This document shows, piece after piece, positions 59,358-64,000 of a stretch of DNA of 64,000 nucleotides (position 1 is its first letter; every line of letters starts with the position of its first letter). The notes beneath the pieces are model-generated. The model made no database searches. It worked only from the letters and a program-made list of their open reading frames with translations, and was not told the DNA's origin. Origin of the DNA: an uncultured Pseudomonadota bacterium (lineage in GTDB: Bacteria > Oederibacteriota > Muellerivitia > Muellerivitales > Muellerivitaceae). Both the position numbers and the translations under genes were made by a program. Location: contig CAWJKT010000007.1 of NCBI GenBank assembly GCA_963843375.1, forward strand, positions 1 through 64,000. The letters are read 5' to 3'.

Positions 59358-61583
59358 ATGGTCATGGAATCCAATATTTCTCTAAAACAAACCGCCGCTC
59401 ATCCCGGGGACCAACCACCCCCTTCCACTCCCGGTTCCCGGGAATGGGCGGCCCTTGTTCTTATCCTCTTAGTGGCGGCCGTCCTTCGCCTTTGGAAAAT
59501 CGACCAAAACGGAACCGGTAATCCCTACTACGCCTCGGCCGTTCGAAGCATGTTGATGAACTGGCACAATTTCTTTTTTGTGTCTTTCGATCCCGTCGGG
59601 TTTGTGACGGTGGACAAGCCCCCAGTGTCCTTGTGGATTCAAACCGCCTTCGCCAAATTGTTCGGTTACAGGGGCCTCACCCTCATTCTTCCTCAGGTCC
59701 TGGAGGGGCTCGGCACCATAGTCCTCGTATATCATCTTGTGCGGCGCCGCTTCGGCTCCGGCGCGGCACTTTTTTCCGCATTGGTCATTGCCCTCTCGCC
59801 CGTCAGCGTCGCCGTGGATCGATACAATAACACGGATGCCTGCCTAGTTGCGGTCATGCTTCTATCGGCCTGGGCTTTAAGCCTGGCCGCCGAAACCGGA
59901 AACCGAAAGCTTTTGTATCTGGCCTTAATCCTGGTGGGAGTGGGTTTCAATACCAAAATGATGGCGGCTTTCGTCGGGCTTCCGGTTTTTTACCTGGTTT
60001 ACCTGCTGGGATCGCCGCGATCCTGGTTACACCGCCTGGGAGATTTGACCATTGGCACCCTGATTCTGCTGGTGGTGGCCTTGTCTTGGCCAATGGCGGT
60101 GGATTTAACCCCACCGGAACAGCGGCCCTTTGTGGGAAGCACTCAGGATAATTCCATGGTCAGCCTCTCCTTGGGTTGGAACGGATTCCAAAGATTACTG
60201 ACTAGGGGACGGCGCGGCTTTCCCCAAAACCAAAGGCCGAGAAATGCTCCGGCATCTGTCACCGGAACAAGTACTTCCCCCGTCACGGCTACCGCCGATA
60301 CCACCAATCCATCCCCTACCATCTCAACGGCGAATTCGGGTACGACCGCGGCCGGGCCGTCTTCCCAGGGCATGGGCCGCCGAAGGGGCGGCGGCATGAA
60401 TACCGGGACCCCCGGACCGTTGCGGCTGGCGGATAAAAACATGGCTGGACAGATCGCTTGGTTTCTTCCCCTGGCCTTACTGGGTTTCTGGGCCGAGGCC
60501 CGGCGAACCCGCCTCTTCATTCCCTTGGCGCCTTCCCATCAAGCCCTATTGTTTTGGCTGGGCTGGTTTTTCACCTACGCGGTAGTTTTCAGTTTTATGC
60601 GAGGGGCCATGCACGCCTATTACCTCGTCATGTTAGTACCGGCTATAGCCGCCCTCGCGGGAATCGGGATACAAGCCCTCTGGTCCTATTTTCAGGAAGG
60701 CCATCGTGCCTACTTGTTCCTGGGTCTGATCCTGACCACTGCCTGGCAGGCTTTTATCGTGGATCAATATCCCGACTGGAAATCCACGCTTTTGCCAATT
60801 CTATTTTTGGGTGTGGGCTTGGCGGTGGTTGGGCTTTTCTTTTTGCCGTTCCTGAAGGTACAAAAATCCCAGTTGAGTTCGGGCATTCCCCTGAGTTTAG
60901 GACTTTGCGCGCTTTTCCTTTGTCCTTCCTTTTGGGCCCTGACACCTGTTTTAGGCTCGGGTCAATCAGTCGAGGCCAGCCCGGATTTGCTCTCAAGGGG
61001 TCAAGGAGAGGGAATGTTTCAGGGATTCGGCGGGCACTTGAACAATACCAAACTCATGGATTTCCTGAAGACCCATTGCAAAGGCGAGCAATATCTTTTG
61101 GTATCGCAAAACAGCCAGTTGGTGGCGCCGATTATCATTGAAACCGGTGAACCGGTGGTGGCTATTGGCGGTTTTATGGGTGGGGACCCCATTCTCACCG
61201 TCAACCAATTCGCCCAAAAAGTAAAGGACGGACATTTCCGCTATATGCTTCTCCAGGGTCCCGGGCCTAACCAAGGCCGGGGTGGGAACAATGGCCGGGG
61301 ATTTGGCGGCAACGGTGGAGGTTTTGGCGGGGGCTTCGGTTTTGGGCGGGGGGGCGGACAGCAGGCCGAAATCGCCAAATGGGTTAGGGAAAATGGAAAA
61401 CCGGTCGACCCGGCCCTTTGGAAACCGGCCATTCCCCCGGCCCCTATCGCCAGCCAAAATCCAACCCAGTCACCGGGTGGCACCCAAGGGTTCCAAGGGG
61501 GCTTTGGCGGCCGCCGGGGCGGTCTGGCTAATCTCCAGCTTTATGACCTGCGTCCCGACAAAGAGACAAAAACCTCCTCTTAA
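59358..61583 (+). CDS. GT-C glycosyltransferase (ArnT/PMT, GT39-like)
   Basis: NPYYASAV.SM, VDKPP, GFNTKM, IGGFMGGDP; many TM helices. Confidence 0.88.
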   Translation: MVMESNISLKQTAAHPGDQPPPSTPGSREWAALVLILLVAAVLRLWKIDQNGTGNPYYASAVRSMLMNWHNFFFVSFDPVGFVTVDKPPVSLWIQTAFAKLFGYRGLTLILPQVLEGLGTIVLVYHLVRRRFGSGAALFSALVIALSPVSVAVDRYNNTDACLVAVMLLSAWALSLAAETGNRKLLYLALILVGVGFNTKMMAAFVGLPVFYLVYLLGSPRSWLHRLGDLTIGTLILLVVALSWPMAVDLTPPEQRPFVGSTQDNSMVSLSLGWNGFQRLLTRGRRGFPQNQRPRNAPASVTGTSTSPVTATADTTNPSPTISTANSGTTAAGPSSQGMGRRRGGGMNTGTPGPLRLADKNMAGQIAWFLPLALLGFWAEARRTRLFIPLAPSHQALLFWLGWFFTYAVVFSFMRGAMHAYYLVMLVPAIAALAGIGIQALWSYFQEGHRAYLFLGLILTTAWQAFIVDQYPDWKSTLLPILFLGVGLAVVGLFFLPFLKVQKSQLSSGIPLSLGLCALFLCPSFWALTPVLGSGQSVEASPDLLSRGQGEGMFQGFGGHLNNTKLMDFLKTHCKGEQYLLVSQNSQLVAPIIIETGEPVVAIGGFMGGDPILTVNQFAQKVKDGHFRYMLLQGPGPNQGRGGNNGRGFGGNGGGFGGGFGFGRGGGQQAEIAKWVRENGKPVDPALWKPAIPPAPIASQNPTQSPGGTQGFQGGFGGRRGGLANLQLYDLRPDKETKTSS

Positions 61584-61598
61584 GATTAAACTACACCC

Positions 61599-62963
61599 AT
61601 GACGCCTAACAATTTCTCATCCAAGACAACCCTTGTGCTTGAGACCGGGGCAAACCTGAATTTACTGGCTGCCAAGCTTAATCAAGTTTTCGCCCAAGAC
61701 AACCCGTTGCCCGCAAAAATCCTGTTGGCCTCTCCTCCGGGTCAAAAGGAAAAAGTCTTATTGAGGCTTTCCATTTTTTTAAAAAAAATCGAAGTGCTAG
61801 AAATCAATTCCCTTTTACACGATCTTCTTCCCCATCTCACCACACCCTTCGTGGCCTACCTGCCTGCCAACGCCCCCTATTCCCCGCCTCCGTTGGAGGA
61901 GTGGAACAGAGTCAAGCAAGAGACTTTTTTCATCCGGCCCTGGATACCGCCGGTCACTTTGAGCAACACCGAATGGGCCCGCCTGGTTTATATGTCCTTT
62001 GGATGGATTTCGACCCGGGCCTTGTTTCAACATTTGGGAATGGAAAGTACCTTGACTTTACTCGACTTGGAAAGGGTTTCCCGGAAATCGGCCTTTTCCC
62101 TTCCCTACATTTCAGCTCCAGCAAGTTCCTCCACCACCAACCAGTTGGATTTATTTGAAGGCCCCCCCAAATTGTCCCCGAAATCCCGAGTTTTGGCCTT
62201 GGTTCCTCATTTCAATTGCGAGCAATGGCTAGGGCAAGCCCTGGATTCCCTCTTGGGCCAAACACGCCCGCCCAACGCCATTGCCGTCTTGGACGACGCC
62301 TCGACGAATGGGCCTCTTGAGATCATCCGCCAATATCCAACAGTGACTCTTTTGCGGTCCCCTGAAAACGTGGGGCCTTACCGCCTGTTGCAGACGGTGA
62401 TGGACCAAACGGACTTTGACGCTTATATGTTCCAAGACGCGGACGATTGGTCCAGCCTGGACCGGTTGGAGGAATTGCTTAATGAAGCGGAACGCACGGG
62501 TGCCGAATGGATCGGCACGCAGGAACTCATGTATTTCGAGGATATTATCCATGCCTGCCGCTATCCCCTGGACCTGAACTCCACCCCACAAGCCTCCATC
62601 CGCCACCCCTTCTGTTATCCCGGCAGCGTGATTTCGAGAGATTTTTTAATGCGATTGGGTGGATTCGCCTCGGGCCTTCATTTCAGCGGCGATTTCGAGT
62701 TATTGACCAGGGCTGTCTGGGCCGGAAAGGTCGTCAACATGGACCGCTATACTTATTTCCGCCGAATCCGGAAAAATTCACTGATCACCTCCGAAAGTAC
62801 GGGGCTGAGCAGCCCGGCTCGCAAGGAAGTGGATACTTTGATTGAGACAAGAAAAGCCGAAAACCTAGCCAAGGTGATGAAGAGCGGAACGCCCAATCTG
62901 GAACCGTTAAAGACCGCCGGGCACGTTGCTTTCGAGCACTTGGCGGGACCGAAGTTGCTGTAA
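61599..62963 (+). CDS. GT2-family glycosyltransferase with N-terminal extension
   Basis: VPHFN, LDDAS, FQDADD, GDFE. Confidence 0.82.
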   Translation: MTPNNFSSKTTLVLETGANLNLLAAKLNQVFAQDNPLPAKILLASPPGQKEKVLLRLSIFLKKIEVLEINSLLHDLLPHLTTPFVAYLPANAPYSPPPLEEWNRVKQETFFIRPWIPPVTLSNTEWARLVYMSFGWISTRALFQHLGMESTLTLLDLERVSRKSAFSLPYISAPASSSTTNQLDLFEGPPKLSPKSRVLALVPHFNCEQWLGQALDSLLGQTRPPNAIAVLDDASTNGPLEIIRQYPTVTLLRSPENVGPYRLLQTVMDQTDFDAYMFQDADDWSSLDRLEELLNEAERTGAEWIGTQELMYFEDIIHACRYPLDLNSTPQASIRHPFCYPGSVISRDFLMRLGGFASGLHFSGDFELLTRAVWAGKVVNMDRYTYFRRIRKNSLITSESTGLSSPARKEVDTLIETRKAENLAKVMKSGTPNLEPLKTAGHVAFEHLAGPKLL

Positions 62964-63054
62964 ATTTCGAAACCCATTCTCTATTACTTTTCCATTGCCA
63001 TTTTCTAATATCGTCGTTCGGATTAAACCGTTTATAAGATTTTGATATTTCATC

Positions 63055-64000
63055 TTATTTTGAGTGTCGGGCGCGAAATCCATCCATAAACTCCAAGAGT
63101 CGGTTCACATCCTCTTGCGTCACGGCGTTATAAAGGGAGGCCCGAAGCCCACCCAGTGAGCGGTGGCCTTCCAGACCGTAAAAACCGGCGGCGGTGGCTT
63201 CCTCCAGAAACGTCTTATCCAGTTCCGGGCTGCCTAGGCGGAAAACAACGTTCATAAAGGACCGGTCCTTCTTGGCCCCATGAATCCGGAAGAAGTCGGG
63301 ATGTCGGTCCAGCAGGCCATAGAGGGCCAGGGCTTTTTTTTCGTTGAGGACTGCCATTTTTTGGAGGCCTCCGATTTTGTTCCTCAACCATCGGGCGACC
63401 AGCAAGGCGACATAAATGGAGAAAACAGGCGGGGTGTTATAGATGGAGTCCATTTCCGCGTGGTTGCGGTAATCAAGCATGCTGGGAATGGAGTTAGGAG
63501 CGCCCTTTAGGAGGTCATCCTTGAGGATGACCAGGGTCAGTCCCGCCGGGCCCAGGTTCTTTTGGGCGTGGGCGTAAACAAGGCTGTAGTCTTTGATGTC
63601 AAAAGGGTAGCTTAAAAAATCCGATGACATGTCGCAGACCCGTTTGACGCCCTTCAATCCCGGCAGAAAGTGAAATTGCAATCCTTCCACCGTTTCATTG
63701 GAGACATAGTGGAAATAAGCCGCTTGAGCGTCATAGGTCAGTTCACTCGCCTCGGGCAACCGAGTGTAGCCGCCACCCTCGCCATCATAAAGAACCCGCA
63801 CCGGCCCTTCCAAACGCGCGTCCGGAATGGACTTGGCACTCCAGTACCCAGTCTTTAGGTATTCGGCTGTCTTTCCCTTCCCACGCAAAAGTAGCATTGG
63901 AATCATGGAAAATTGGAGGCTGCTGCCCCCCTGGAGTTGGAGAACATGGTAATCAACAGGGATATTCAGTATTTCCCGAAAGAGGGCTTCCGATTCCTGG
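63055..64000 (-). CDS. serC: Phosphoserine aminotransferase (5' end outside window)
   Basis: SNETVEG, DMSSD, AQKNLGPAG, YNTPP, GHRSLGGLRASLYNA. Confidence 0.95.
   Translation of the reverse strand, partial: QESEALFREILNIPVDYHVLQLQGGSSLQFSMIPMLLLRGKGKTAEYLKTGYWSAKSIPDARLEGPVRVLYDGEGGGYTRLPEASELTYDAQAAYFHYVSNETVEGLQFHFLPGLKGVKRVCDMSSDFLSYPFDIKDYSLVYAHAQKNLGPAGLTLVILKDDLLKGAPNSIPSMLDYRNHAEMDSIYNTPPVFSIYVALLVARWLRNKIGGLQKMAVLNEKKALALYGLLDRHPDFFRIHGAKKDRSFMNVVFRLGSPELDKTFLEEATAAGFYGLEGHRSLGGLRASLYNAVTQEDVNRLLEFMDGFRARHSK

Noticed and set aside
61260..61520. G-rich low-complexity tract
   Set aside because: Encodes the Gly-rich loops of the GT-C glycosyltransferase.

Overview
Bacterial (diderm) chromosome window in two parts. 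Left (1 to about 25.5 kb) is a probable genomic island ending at the 3' end of tRNA-Leu(CAA). It holds an IS21-like end truncating a VirD4/TraD-like coupling-protein gene, and an AT-rich co-oriented nine-gene operon (1198-12098): GHKL ATPase, SAM-methyltransferase-like, ParB/Srx-like, PD-(D/E)xK nuclease, SNF2 helicase, ParB/Srx-like, DGQHR-family (DCQHR variant), radical SAM, second GHKL ATPase. I do not recognise this operon as a named system; it is the best candidate for an undescribed DNA-modification/anti-phage system. The island also carries AbiE-type toxin-antitoxin genes and a copper/silver resistance cluster (copA, cusCBA-like, small Cys-rich proteins) with no recognisable transcription regulator. 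Two Cys-rich leader ORFs in that cluster are each followed by an anti-Shine-Dalgarno stem, suggesting translational attenuation. Right (25.7-64 kb) is mostly housekeeping: RluA-family, priA, opp/dpp ABC, secA, ligA, nusB and the rib operon, gpmA, NAD kinase, a CHASE2 cyclase-FecR-barrel-lipoprotein locus, ABC-2 transporter, nth, glycosyltransferases and serC. Frameshifts in secA, nusB and rib genes look like sequencing errors. All family calls come from motif recognition by eye; no searches were run.
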